A stretch of 53,744 bases of DNA, counting the filler, from Sluysia triapertura (Eukaryota), in NCBI GenBank assembly GCA_046118255.1. It is 4 parts of 4 records of this genome, joined end to end, with 100 filler letters (N's around TTAATTAATTAA, not from the genome) between each part and the next. Parts side by side here need not be neighbours in the genome. Positions count along the whole stretch, not along the records: positions 14,340 to 28,023 come from JBJNIA010025508.1; positions 28,124 to 40,430 come from JBJNIA010120972.1; 2 more parts are not named here. One strand, given 5' to 3'. Positions 26,059-39,189 of the stretch are shown in pieces (positions within the stretch are counted from its first letter, which is position 1; each line of letters opens with the position of its first letter). Position numbers and translations under genes: made by a program. The notes under the pieces are model-generated. The model was not told where the DNA came from and did no database searches. It worked only from the letters and a program-made list of their open reading frames with translations.

Positions 26059-27952
26059 AATTACTTAACTTTATTATTTTTATAGTCGTTCCATAAGTTA
26101 TTTTTGTTTAGGTCCAGAAGAAATCGAATTTATGTCTTTTGATAAAGATAATAAAGGGTTATTTTTATTATTATCACTATTATTATATAATTATAATTAT
26201 TACATTAGACTTGCTTTATAAATATACTTTCGGATTAAGTATTTTTCAAAGAAAAATTGAATGAAAAATTTGTTAAACTTTTGCTTTTTTCTTTTAGAAT
26301 TCTAAAATCACTCTTGTCACTACAATAAACAGGATGTCTTTCATTAAAATTGCTATTTTCATTTAATTTGGCTCTGTTTTTATATTTCTTTTGTTTTATG
26401 AAGTTTTACTTATTCAGTGATCATCTTGAATCATCACATCACATTCTCTTTATGTATGGTGTGACAGTGTTTTTCAAAAAAACTATCCTTAGTAAATTTT
26501 TTGTGTATTATTGTAACTCTAACTCTTAAATGTCGTTGTAATACTAGAACATACCATTCAAACGGCCTCAAAGTCATTAGTATTCTCTCACTACATGCTG
26601 TTGTAGAATTATCACTATCGAATAGCAACACATTCTTTTCTTTCGAGACTGTCAAATGTATAAATTGACAAGTCGAAGGCTATCGAACGAAAAAATCAAT
26701 CATTTAAAGGCTAAAGATTTTTTTATAATGAAGCATTAAATGAAGATGATCATATCTTTCTTCATTTGAATGTTTAAATTGCCTTATTTAATACGGCTTA
26801 TTTAAAAATAAATCTGTTATCAAAGATCTGATCTAATAAGAATAATAAATATTTATTTCTATCACCACTAATACGCCATTTGTAAAATCATAATAAAATG
26901 TAATTAATTTAAAAAATTATCATAATAAAACATAATGAATTTTAAAATAAAAGAAAATTTTTTAATTTAAAAAAAAATTAATTTAGATTTAAATACTTTT
27001 AATACGAAATATTATTTTGTAAAAGAGAATTATTCAGAATATTTATGGCGTATTATTAAAAAATATTGTATTCCGGGCGTAACATCTACATCAAATAATA
27101 TTGCAATTATTATCACTTATTGGGTGTGAACCCACAATTATGTATAAAAGGCAAAAATAATAATGAGAACAACACAATAAACACGAAGAAAGTTAATTGT
27201 TTGATTATTTGAGATTCCTATAATACTTATTATTCGCAGCAACACATTTGCAGCGAGTTACTTACAACTAGTACGAAAGTTGTCTTCATAGTCGATTTAT
27301 AGGCGATTAGATAATTTTATGTTCGTGGAATTTAGATAATTGTATTCCTCGATTTAGAATTTCATAACTAAAACAATTTATAATTTGGGGTATAATTTAC
27401 GAATAAATCGTAAGTTATTAATTATTTAAGTCTTTCCCTCTAATATAAAGGTTGAAATCCAGGTAAATTTGCAATGTTTTAAAGCCTATAACATTTGGAT
27501 CAAATTATAATTAAATTTAATTCAATTAAGGACCAGCGCCTTAATTTTAATATTCATTTGTTATTAAATATATTTATAAGTATAAAACGTTGTAATTTAT
27601 TTTATTGTGCTTATAATACACTTTCGTTTATTTTCGTTTTGTTAAATTAGAATATTAAAATAAGAATTAAACTAGTTTGATACCAGTTAACGAAATACTT
27701 TAATATATTTATTGAATATTAATGAATTAATAGTTGTAACATTTAGTGAATTAATAAGAAAAGAATCGTAATTAATTCAGTGATAAGTGTCAATTTGAAC
27801 TTTAGTAGGACTATAAAGAAAAGGCCTTATTAAACTAAGAAAAGTAGTGGATTAATAATTGATTTTACACGCAAATCTTTACGGGTGATTCATAGACCCG
27901 CAATAATCTTTCGAAGAAATCCTGTGACCTTGTCTTACATTAGGATATAAAT

Positions 27953-28023
27953 CAGTGGTGTCAAACCTTTTTGCTTTACGGGCCGCATGATTTGCCTCCG
28001 CGGGCCGCCACTTTGACACCACT
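27953..28023. mobile_element. hAT micro-MITE (mirror of 14340-14410)
   Basis: CAGTGGTGTCAAA...TTTGACACCACT(G). Confidence 0.75.
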
Positions 28024-28123
28024 NNNNNNNNNNNNNNNNNNNNNNNNNNNNNNNNNNNNNNNNNNNNTTAATTAATTAANNNNNNNNNNNNNNNNNNNNN
28101 NNNNNNNNNNNNNNNNNNNNNNN
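28024..28123. other. Assembly gap with TTAATTAATTAA linker
   Basis: 44 N + linker + 44 N. Confidence 0.97.
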
Positions 28124-28198
28124 ACACATTATGAGCGGGTATTCTTAAGTACAGTCCATAAAACGGGTAATAATACCCGCCCGCTCATAATGTGTTAA
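28124..28198. mobile_element. About 75-bp piggyBac-type micro-MITE at contig start
   Basis: ACACATTATGAGCGGG...CCCGCTCATAATGTG|TTAA: perfect 16-bp inverted repeat ending in TTAA. Confidence 0.7.
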
Positions 28199-29102
28199 CA
28201 TATTCACAACATTCACATTTTAAAGCACAATAATAATAATAATAATTATTATTATTATTAATATAATACCTTGGTCGATACTAGAAAATGTATGCTTATG
28301 ATTATAGGTTATCGTGAGTATTTATGACTCATTTCTCGTCCGAGAGAGACGGAAGTGTGGTTTTACTTTATTGCTTTATGCGAAAACATAAACACTAAAA
28401 CATGCAAATGATTAGTGTGTATTACTTTGAAGAATAATGCAAAGAAGTTGTAATTCACGCTATAAGATTTTAAGTTATTAAATTATTTCAATAGTAATTT
28501 ATTTTTAAAATGCTGTACTTTAAAATTTGCAAATATTTTTATTAATGAATATGATTGACAAACATATCAAACCGCAAATATATGTGCAACTATAAATTTT
28601 ATGTTTCTTCTTCTCAAATTTAGAATTTAATTATTAAATTTTTATTGTGTAAGATCTTCACTATAATAAGCTTCATTCTAATTCAATATTCCACTAACTA
28701 ACCAATTTATAATAAATGTGCAAGTTAATTACATATGTACACACTATCGCTTTTGTAATTTATTTTCACTATGTATTATAATTCATATTGTAATTCACTT
28801 ACATCCTTCTTGTTAATTAGTATCTGTTTGTCTGTTGGCATTTACTTTTTATCGGGTTTGGATAAAAAGTAAATAAATAAATAAAATAAATAATGTTGAT
28901 ACAAAACAAAAATAAAGTTATCTTTTATGTACGTGATAATTAAATAATCAAAACGAATGTTTAGAAATAAAGAAATATGATACACGTACTATCTGTATTA
29001 CTTTAAAAATAAGAATATAATGTAGTAAATTATTATACTATGTATTATAAAATAGACAATACTATATATTAAACCTATTTTTACATGTTATTCAAGTTAC
29101 GA

Positions 29103-29237
29103 TTAATTACCTAGCTAACTCGGGCCTGAGTATTAATTTGAACTCAGAAACAAAACTGTCCGAGTTAACTCGTATATATGCAATTTTATGGATGGCCCAT
29201 GTACCAGTTAACTCGGGCTTATGCGTTAAGTGGTTAA
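29103..29237. mobile_element. Degenerate piggyBac-like end or MITE
   Basis: Repeated (G)TTAACTCG(GGC) subterminal motifs, CGAGTTAACTCG palindrome and terminus GCGTTAAGTGG|TTAA. Confidence 0.45.
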
Positions 29238-29791
29238 ATTAAGTTAAATATTCAGTTTTATAAACAATACAACGAAAAAATATTTTTATTTAAATGCATT
29301 ATGCGATATCCTATTTCTTTCGCTTAGAAAACATTTATTTTTATTCTGATTGGATGATTTACTTTTGTTCTGATTTGTATACACAGTTGAAGGCAGTGAA
29401 CTACTTTTTTTAATCTGATGTTTTGAAAAAATCTGTTATCAGAGTATTTAGTGTGATCTATTAATCATGTGTTAAGAAAAAAGCTAACTTTGCAAAAAAA
29501 ATCTCGTAAAATTTCTTTAACCCGTTAAGTGCCAATTTTATTAAATTTTTGTGCATATTTTGGAACATTAAACCAATGTAACATGGAAAAAAGTAATTAA
29601 GTTATTATTTTTATTGAAAATATAAAAGACGTAATATTTCCTTTTGACATGCAATTTTTTTCGGATATTAACTTAAAATTACAATAGAAATAATTAGATA
29701 GAATTAAGTATTTCAAAATTATTTTAAATTTTACAATGAATGTAGTCTAAATGGTACGAAACGTTTTTGGATTATTTATCATTATATTGTT

Positions 29792-29792
<1 letters not shown>

Positions 29793-29867
<75 letters not shown>

Positions 29868-29868
29868 T
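29793..29868. repeat. (AAT)n microsatellite
   Basis: Direct reading. Confidence 0.95.
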
Positions 29869-32746
29869 GTTATTGTTGTTATTCTGTAATTACAATAAGA
29901 TTTCATAAATGATAGATTTAAAACAATTTTGATTTCATATTTTAAAATAAATGAGCAAGAAAACATTGCTATTACTAAATTATAATCTATCTCTATCTCT
30001 ATCTCTAACTGACTAGCCTGAAAATATTAATACTTCAAAAAATTAAATTTATTAATAAGATTTATTCTAATTCAGAAATAATAATAAATGTTTTATTTTT
30101 TAAATAATTTTTAATCTTCTTCTAGACACCTCTTAAGTATCTTGAATCTGAAGTGAACATTAAGGAGATTCGTAATTGTACTATTGAAATGCACAAACAT
30201 TAATTAAAGTAAAATCCACTAGCAAAGACAGAACCAAACCAATAGTTCATTCAATAATAACTAACAGTACACATGTCAAAAATGGGATTTCGCACTCCAT
30301 CACACATAGAAAAGTGCAATAATCACAATTAATAACAAAGATAACAACAAGACCAACTCTCTAACAAGAAAATCTCATGTAACACTATCTCAATGAATTG
30401 CTTTAATTACAAATAAAAGCAAAAGGAGAATTCAAAATCATTTAAAGATTATGAAATATTTAAGAGAAAGGCAAAGTTTCTTCAATTTCAGAAATATTAT
30501 AATGATTGATTAATTTTAAGCCCTTTGTAGTACTTATTCTATAGTAAATATTAACACATAAATTAATATTTTATTATGAATGATCATCGAAATAATTTTG
30601 TATTTTGTGTTAGTTGTTTAAATAATATAAGAAATCTTGTGATAATTCAAAAAATTATTTTCTTTAAATGTCACAATCAATAAACTTTCTAAACCAAATA
30701 GGAAAACATAAAAGTTCGAAAGGCACATACTTTAACGATTTAAAAAATATTGATCACACAAGATATCTTTTTAGTAATGAAGAGATGATGAAAAACAAAG
30801 TTTAACAAAATTTTTAAATTTAATCAAAAATTACTTTTTAATAAATTTAATCAAAAAACATTTTAATTTAAAATTTATAAAATTGTTTTGAAATAAAATT
30901 AAAATCATTATTGTAAAGGTTTAGAAATTTTTATTTTATTTTATATTTAAAAAATTGTAAAAATTATTATTTAAAAAATTAAAAAATTATTATTATAAAT
31001 TAATTCAAAGAAGGTTCGAGAATGGAACATTGTTTAATTAAATTAAATTTTAAATCTGTCTTTATATGTATATAAAGACAGACATAAAAAAGAAAGACTC
31101 CATTTTGAAATTATACGCCTTTGTAAAAATTCGTCATTGCTTATACATCATTCATCATTTACAATTCAATTTGATCGTCACCAGAAAACCATGTGACCAT
31201 TTTGTGGGATTCCGGCAATTCACAAATTCGCAAATCATTCAAAGGCATTATATCCCGCGTCTACGGTTAAAGGGATACAATTTTCCATTATCAAGCAGTC
31301 AAATTATTTAAGAAAAAATGGAACTATTTGAGAGCGCGAAAATTCGTAAATTTGTTTTACATAGTTTTCAAATTCAATTGGAGTTAAAATGTATACTTAA
31401 GTTTTTGGTTGGTCCTTAAGGCCAATCACAAAATCAGTTTAAAATCTAAATTCACTGCTCTTTAGTTGGTCCTTAAGATCAATTATAAAATGAGTATCAT
31501 ACGGTAGAGTCTCTCGGCTAGACCTTTATTATAACTCAACTTTTATCATTATCATAATTTTATTATTTATAAATTTTGGTATTATAGATATTTTCTCTTT
31601 TTGAATTTTATAAATTTATAGTAATTTTATTTTAGTTTTAATTGTCGTGTAATAAAAAATTAAACCTGTTGAGTCCTGTTTTTATTATAATTTTTCTAAC
31701 ATTAACATTGAAACCTAAATTAAGTTTATAGTTATTTCGCATTATGGTCAAATTACAATTAAATACATTTTTAGTTGAAAATACTTTGATTGCAATATAA
31801 TCTCATTAAATTTTCATAGGAATCAAAAATCTAACGTTCATTATATTAAGTTCTAACTAAGAGTTAAATATATATAAAGAACAATACGTTTCTATACAAA
31901 CATTATCAATTTTATTTTTACATTAACTCAAATATTACATAAGCCAGCTATTTAGTATGAGTTGACATAAACGACGATTTTGCCCACTATTGTTTAGGTT
32001 AAGGCAAAGCGAATTTTTATACGATTAGTTTTTTAAAATTGTTTTCACGAAATTTTACATTACGCCATTAGTAAGTCGCATACTGTAAACGGACTCTGAA
32101 TAATAATAATAATTTATTTTTCTGTAAGTTAGGTTTTTGTATAAAGAAAAACCCCCAACATTATTATTGGGATTATAATGTTTCTATTAATTTAAAATGA
32201 GATTACTTAAAATTAATATAAATTTAGAATTTAGTAACGAATAACAATTAATTTAGATTAAATGTGTATAAATAATCATTGTAATGTAAGATTTTATGAA
32301 GGCAATATGAAATTAAAATTTATAGACATTATAGTTATAGTTATAACTATAGTTAAGATGAAAATTAATAACAATATTAAATCAAACTTTAAGAATACAA
32401 AATCCGATTCGAATTATTTTAAAAACATGATTTAGAATACTATGTTGGGGTAAAAAATCCTAAAGTGCCATTTGGTAAAATTGACGTATTCCGTCTAATA
32501 ATATATTACTGCAGTCCTTAAGTTGCAAATTATTATTTTGTTCATTAATCACTAACTTATATGGTCCCGTATCTAAATACTCACTTATATCCTCATGCTT
32601 ATATTTTTCCTCTAATTATTTTACTATTTCAATTATAAGAGTAAGACATAAATTAAACTTTTCCTATTTATCACTATTATAGGTAATCATTGTTGGATCT
32701 ATGGAATTTCTATGGAATTAGGAGTTGCTAAATGGTCATCGTATTC

Positions 32747-34240
32747 TTATTTTCTTGGTCTTCCAGGTCTTATCTTAAGAGTATTTGTTTCTTTATTCAA
32801 CTTTATAAATGGATTATCATTGAAATCTAATATGTAATCGGGTTGTTTCGTATCAGTATCATTAATATTTTTCTTAACATCATTATCATCATTAACGACC
32901 ATTAAGTTCTTCATAAATGAGTGAAAGAAGTAATTCTTATATACATTATTTTTAAAGACATCGTTAGGGGTAGAATAACTAAGAGGTTTATAAACAATAG
33001 CAGCCTTTAATATATCATCATGAATTCCAAGAGGATATCCATAATCAATAAAAAATTCATCAGGTACTTCCTTCTCACGAAAACATGATTTAAAACTAAT
33101 TTAATTCAACTTAATCAAATTAATAATCTCATTGACCATTGTCGTAACAAGCAATTCCATTACAACATTTATCGAATCGTGATTAATATCTTAACATTCA
33201 TTAAAGTCTGTTAATTCATTTCTGCCTGTGCGATTTTCTTTAGTATTTTTCTTGCTTTAATCTTATATGGGCTATCTCTCTACTTATGATCGTCTTGAAC
33301 GTTTAAATCCGAATTATAACTTTCCTAAATTATTTTCAATGTTTTTGTATCACTTAAATTGAAAATAAATGTCTCAACTGTCTCGTTGGAAATTGTCTCT
33401 GTGTTATTAAAATTATTCTCATCATTAACAATGATTCCATTTATTTTGGTACAATTGCTTCTCAATGATTGTTGAATCGGTATTTCCGCCTGTTGCTGAT
33501 CCGTATTGTTGCTGTTATCACTTATTTCTACTTTTTTGCATTATTTGTTTCACGTATACTCTCCTCTTTTTTCATTTCTATATCATTCAACCCATCATTC
33601 CTCTTTTTGTCTGCATATCTTCTTTTTTATCGCTATATTCATCGTCTAATTTTATTCTTGAAAACTTCTCGATAAATTTATCTTCATTAAAACTTCTTTT
33701 ATTGTATTCTGTCGCCATTCTATACATTTCTAGTTCAAAATCGTGTTCCTACATTCTCCATCTTAGCTATTATAATAATTTTGTATTTTTTTACAATTAT
33801 AATTTATTTGGCATTTATTCTTATTGTTATCTTTATTAAACCTTACCTTTTTATCTGGATTCGGCTGTTTCTGGTAATCTTGCATGTTAGCGAGATTGTG
33901 GTTGAAAGTATTAGTATTTTAATTTCGGTGATAAAATTTTTAAAAATTCTTAATTATCTTTACTGTTACTTATGTAACTTATTTTATCCCGTTCTTCGAC
34001 TCGATATCTTTAGATACCTCATTATTTCTTAACAATATCTTTAAAATGTAAATCATCACATGTAAATTTACATAAGCTCTTAACTCTGAGCGTAAATCAT
34101 TTTTTAATTTGTCAATTAAAATATTTTCTTTCTTATCATCAGGGATTTTAGCTTTATCATGTTTATTTAAACCCTTTTTGCTTGCATCTTACTTTCCTGA
34201 ATCAGTTTTAGCAAAGGTTTATGGTCTCTAATAGTTCATC
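32747..34240 (-). pseudogene. Decayed Gag-like or LTR-retrotransposon-derived ORF ending in an AT-hook
   Basis: Minus-strand fragments KAKIPDDKKENILIDKLKNDLRSELRAY and TCDDLHFKDIVKK, a charged middle region, and C-terminus IRPGRPRK*. The + strand hydrophobic ORFs 33465-34032 are its antisense shadow. Family assignment is by resemblance only. Confidence 0.4.
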
Positions 34241-34689
34241 CGATTGTGCCGTTAAAAAAACGCATACATTAGAGTAGATACGACTAACAAAATAGATGAA
34301 CAAAATAAAAAATAATAAAACAAGACGATGACAGTGGGCATTACGATAATTTTTTGAAAACATTAGATTTAGATATTGTTACTACCTTTAATTAATATTT
34401 AATTTTAATTAACAGTCTTACCCTTTTAGTATTTTGTAAGATTATGTTTTATTAGCAAGAGAATGTGACTTAAACATTGATGTTGCTTGTAGGTATTTTG
34501 ACATGAGTTTAAGTTGAGGTTTGGGTATGTGTGTATATATGTTTAATGGCACATTATATTCAAATCAATGAACATTAAAAATTCCTCGAAATGATACAAA
34601 TTTGTTCTTTGCCAGCCACTGCTAAAAATTTAAAAAATTTTAATCACTAATTTATGGAGATGTGTGATTCAACTCTAACTACATATACC

Positions 34690-34755
34690 AGCTAGCAGCC
34701 AATCAGAAAAAAAGGAGAATTCTACATTTTCTAGAACTTTCTAGAAAATTCTTTT
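34690..34755 (-). promoter_or_regulatory. Heat-shock-element array with CCAAT box
   Basis: TTCTAGAACTTTCTAGAAAATTC (34729-34751) is a run of contiguous inverted nGAAn units; AGCCAATCAG at 34697-34706. Confidence 0.5.
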
Positions 34756-35306
34756 ACTTTTTTAGAAATTATTATTTCTGTTTTGGAAAATTAACTATTT
34801 TTATATTTTTAAAGATTTTAAAGGGTTATGATGGCCACTTAACATTGTTAATTGATAGTTATTAATGGTTACAGTTGTAAGGAATAATAAGACCCGTTCA
34901 AGAATTATTATAGATATGAATTTTGCATTTAAAAGAAATAAATCAGAAAATATTTTCAAAATTTGGCTTCCGAGTTGGGACCGAAAAGCTTCATTGATTC
35001 AAATATTATTAAGTTAATATATTTTGAAGTTGATAAGTAAGCATAAGTTGACATAAGTATAAAATTACATAAGTGATTTTATTTTGATACACGTGTATTC
35101 TTTTGAATAAGATGTAAGGTTTTCTTAATTACGAAAATTATAATTTTTGATTCGAGTCTCAATTATTGAAGTATAAGATTTGTGGTGTCTTAATTTTTCA
35201 CAAGTTCTCAACAAATTCAATTTCAAATATTTTATGCATATTACAACTTCGCTACATTTTGTACACACGATAACATCTAAAATAAAATTATAAATATATT
35301 TAAACT

Positions 35307-36860
35307 ATGGAAATTAATCATACTATTAATGCGTTTAATCCGCCAAAATCGCTTCTCTCATCTGCATTAACATCGTATTATTACTGCATCTTTTCCTTTT
35401 ATACTATTACTTATTACTTTTTGAAATGATGGAATATGACAGGAAAATGTTTTATAAACATTAATAGTCTATTTGGAAATTATCCGAAAAATAAGCCTGT
35501 CATCTCATATAGTTAGAGAAATTTATCGCAAAGAAAAATAGTAACAAAAGAAATTCCAAATAGACTGGATGTATCTACTAATAAAAATACGGATTATGTA
35601 TTTAATTTAATAAGAGATAGCTCAAATATTGTTCAAGATGTTTCATCTCTGAAATATTCTTTATATTCTGATAAAATAAATAGCGATATAGATCTTTTAA
35701 AAAATAAGTTGTTTCGTGGTACTTGTGCGAAAAATTATAAAGATTTTCATTTTTTGTTTTCTTTCACATGTTATAAAACGATAGATAAATGTTTTAAGAA
35801 GATAGATGAATGTGTATATTGTCGATCAACAAATTACTTAGATTAAAAAGTGCATTTAAAAAGCTGAAATTATTTACCTTGTTTTTATTTTGTTTAAATA
35901 TACTACAAAACAAGAAAAGAATATTTTTTAAATATTTGAAGTTTTATTATCAAGCTAATCTATATATCAGATATCAGTATGCGACATACGTAATTTAACG
36001 AAATTTGAACGAGTTCTCATTTTCTTGACATTAATTAACAGTAAGAAATTCATTTGTCAGGATTTGAAAAATTCAAAGTTTTAACCATAAATAAAAAGAA
36101 TATCTATCTACCAAGAGGATCCGACTGTGTTAAAGAAGAAACTTTTAATGATAATAAATCCAAAATTCAACTGTTATTATTTGAGTATTTTAAATCCCAG
36201 AGAAATTTTTCACTATCTAAGGATATTTGCCTTCGACCCAGTAATATAATTGATAACACTGTTCAAGCTTAGTTTTATCGAAAAAATACTGGATTCGGTT
36301 AACTTCACATAGGAGATTCAGATATTAGTGCAGCTTCAACTTCAGAAGTATTAAATATAGATAATTCAATACATGATATAACAATGACAACTTATCCTGT
36401 TAATTCTACAATATCAATACCAATAATTTATTTTCCATCGGAACTTCCAGTGCCAACTTAGATTGAAATCTTTCACAGTTAAATAGTAATGGATGCTGAA
36501 TTTGAAACTTATACATTCACTTCGATATTGAATACGGTATACTCTCAACTTTGACAAACTTCTGAATTACATTATTGATCATGGGGCGAAAGCATTTAGT
36601 GAGAAAAATGTGAAAATTATTCAGTTTAAAATCAAAAATTCAAAAGTTGAAGCTGATTTCGAATTTACGTTAGCTTATGCTGATGAAATGTTACGAAATC
36701 AAATACCTGGTTTCGTGAAAGATCCGCTTGTAGCATCATTCAGCGAGAACACAAAAGTTCCAAAAATTTCACATGCCAGTTGTGGAATCGAAAATTTAAC
36801 TCTATTTTAATTTCCAGTTACTTTCCTAAATCAACGAGTATACACAGATCTGTGATAATT
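35307..36860 (+). pseudogene. Disrupted intronless ORF of unknown family
   Basis: ATG 35307 (MEINHTINAFNPPKSLL), then protein-like blocks IPNRLDVSTNKNTDYVFNLIRDSSNIVQDV..., ORF 36054-36272 and ORF 36610-36810, separated by stops and frameshifts. Confidence 0.4.
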
Positions 36861-37421
36861 TGAGATACGATATCTATATAAATTTAAGGAATATTTTCAT
36901 AAAGAGCAATAGTTATCATAAATTTTGACATGGTTAGTGTAATGTCGTTCTCAGCAATTGGAATGGAGCTTCATCTAGCGTTTAGACTGAGTTTATATTT
37001 AGTACTACAACCATCAGTTTACAAATACATTTGATCTCATGAGAATATTATTTGATACTGCAGACGCTTTAGGTTATGCTTTTTTAGTTTTCAGATTTAT
37101 TAAAACCGCAATTTTGTGTATTCAAGTATATAAGTTTAAATATTTGTGTTATAAGGAATTTTTATGTTTGATAAAGTTTTATTTTAAATTCAATCTAGAT
37201 GTATATTCCGACTTCTGTTTTAAAGTTCAGTTTAATAATTCGAATAAAAGAAAGGATCTTAAGTCCATGTTCATTAATTTTAATTGCGTTAATAATGTTT
37301 TTAAAGATAAATATGTTTAAGCCCAAATTTTTTAACGTTCATAATTGTTTTGTCATAAATGATATGACGATTTTATACGCCAAACCTACAATCATAACCG
37401 GCCACCACAGGATTAATCTGA

Positions 37422-37912
37422 TTAACCCTTTCCCGCCGCTGGGACCAATTGGTCCCTCTCGTATTTCTGCAAGTTTCTCAGGCTTAAGCAGGTTATGTTA
37501 CATATTGTTTTAGACAATGTTTTGCATAATCGTTTCTGCTTTTAAAGTGTGTGCACAAGTTATTTCAATAATATACCCCCATTTTGTGAGAAAAATATTT
37601 GAATCAAATAAAATAAATGAAAATATTATAAAGTCTAAAGTTATCATTACTTTTGTTAGAAGATGGAAGATTGCTTTAGAACACTCCACACTATATTACA
37701 CTTTGATAGAAAATACTAAATTTACAAATTTTCACATTTTACGCTATTTTATTGAAAATTCATGAAAAAGCATGCATTTTTTATTAATTTTGAAATTAAC
37801 ACTAATGCAAGTAGCGCCAGCTTTTTAATAGCTTTTCTCACATATATTTCATATAATCTCTCAAATAAATTTATGTTCGCAAAAATGCGCTCACCGGCTA
37901 TTAAATGGTTAA
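37422..37912. mobile_element. piggyBac-like terminal remnants
   Basis: TTAA|CCCTTTCCCGCCGCTGGGACCAATTGGTCCC at the left and ...GGCTATTAAATGG|TTAA at the right. The two ends match only weakly and may belong to different elements. Confidence 0.4.
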
Positions 37913-38249
37913 GAAAAGAAATAAATTCAAAATACACTTGCAATGAGTTATTGCACACAAATAACCATCTTTAAAAAGTAATGAAAATCACTTTTAACTT
38001 TCCGCATTATTTTACTCTTAAATATCGACAAACAAAAATCACTTGCAAATTACTTGGAAGTTTCTTTGCGGCATATTATCAATAAGGATTTGTGAATAAA
38101 ATTATTGACAACCATGAATTAAAAAGAACTTAATATAATCAATAATATTTGTTTATCATACTAAACAATAAACATTTACAAAATCACATAAATATTTAAC
38201 AATCTACTAAAACATCAAACTAAACTTTAAAAAGTAATATTTAATAAAT

Positions 38250-39100
38250 AAAAAAATTTATAACAATAAAATTTCTAAAGTAAATTCCAACTTTTTAAAC
38301 CTTTCACAAATCTTTTATTATTACCGAACTGGAATTAAATCAATTGATTCAGAATCTCTATTTTGGCTAGAAAAAAATGATTCTGTAATACTTAAAGAAC
38401 TTTTACAAGCAAATAAATGGTTTTTAATTAATCCTAATCAAATTTCATTTATTTGAATTAATTATGATTATAGTAATTGGTTAAACGTGATTCGACAATT
38501 ACGTGAAGATCACAAAAGAGAAGCTTCGTCGAGATTAAAAATGTTAAATATATATTACAAAAATATTACCTTTTGTTCAAAAGAGGATACTTAATGCATC
38601 CAAAGAAATTTATTCAATTCAAAATTAAAGAACGAAGACTATGTTATAATAAGTTAAATCATGTTTTCATGCGATATGCACAATTGTACATAATCACAAA
38701 GACTTTAAAATATTTGTTTGAAGGGAAAATATTAAATAATTTTCAGAATTTATTTTAGGAAATAAAAGTTGAGGTAATAAAGTTGTTTAATAAATCATCA
38801 ATCCTGCTAAGAGGAAATCTTAGTGTAAATATTGTAAATTAAGATATTCAAAATGTAAATTACGATATCTTTATTACGTTACTCAATAAAGCAACTAATA
38901 ATACAAATGATATTGATCAAGAATACATACTAATTAAATCATTGTGACGCACTGGAAATCTTAATTAAAACTTTTGTAGATAAACTAAATTGCAAAACAT
39001 TACTCACACATTAGAAATTGGTAGTAGTTTAGAAATGACATTTTTGTTGATCGTTTTGGATCGTGTTTGCTAAAGTTATTGTTCCTATCGTACATTTTTA
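38250..39100 (+). pseudogene. Disrupted intronless ORF of unknown family
   Basis: Block YYRTGIKSIDSESLFWLEKNDSVILKELLQANKWFLINPNQISFI*INYDYSNWLNVIRQLREDHKREAS and later frameshifted segments. Confidence 0.35.
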
Positions 39101-39189
39101 ATGCACCGCAACGTAAAAATTACCATAAATAAATTTATATATAAATTCATAGTAGCGCTTACAACAAAAGCTTATTGTTTACAAATATT

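Larger units (their letters stand above)
14340..28023. repeat. 13,684-bp spacer-less palindrome (two 6,842-bp arms) forming an entire contig
   Basis: Position x pairs with 42363-x. All five ORF pairs in the ORF track are mirror-identical, and the ends and centre (tttaaatatat|atatatttaaa) are complementary. Arms were spot-checked, not aligned base by base. Confidence 0.97.

Noticed and set aside
29772-29966. Poly-Ile and poly-Asn ORFs (also 18209-18418, 23945-24154, 40248-40478)
   Set aside because: Translations of AAT/ATT microsatellites.
33465-34032. Hydrophobic + strand ORFs (also 2001-2225, 2958-3632, 3735-3980, 41356-41538) as membrane proteins
   Set aside because: Antisense shadows of purine-rich decayed coding sequence on the other strand.
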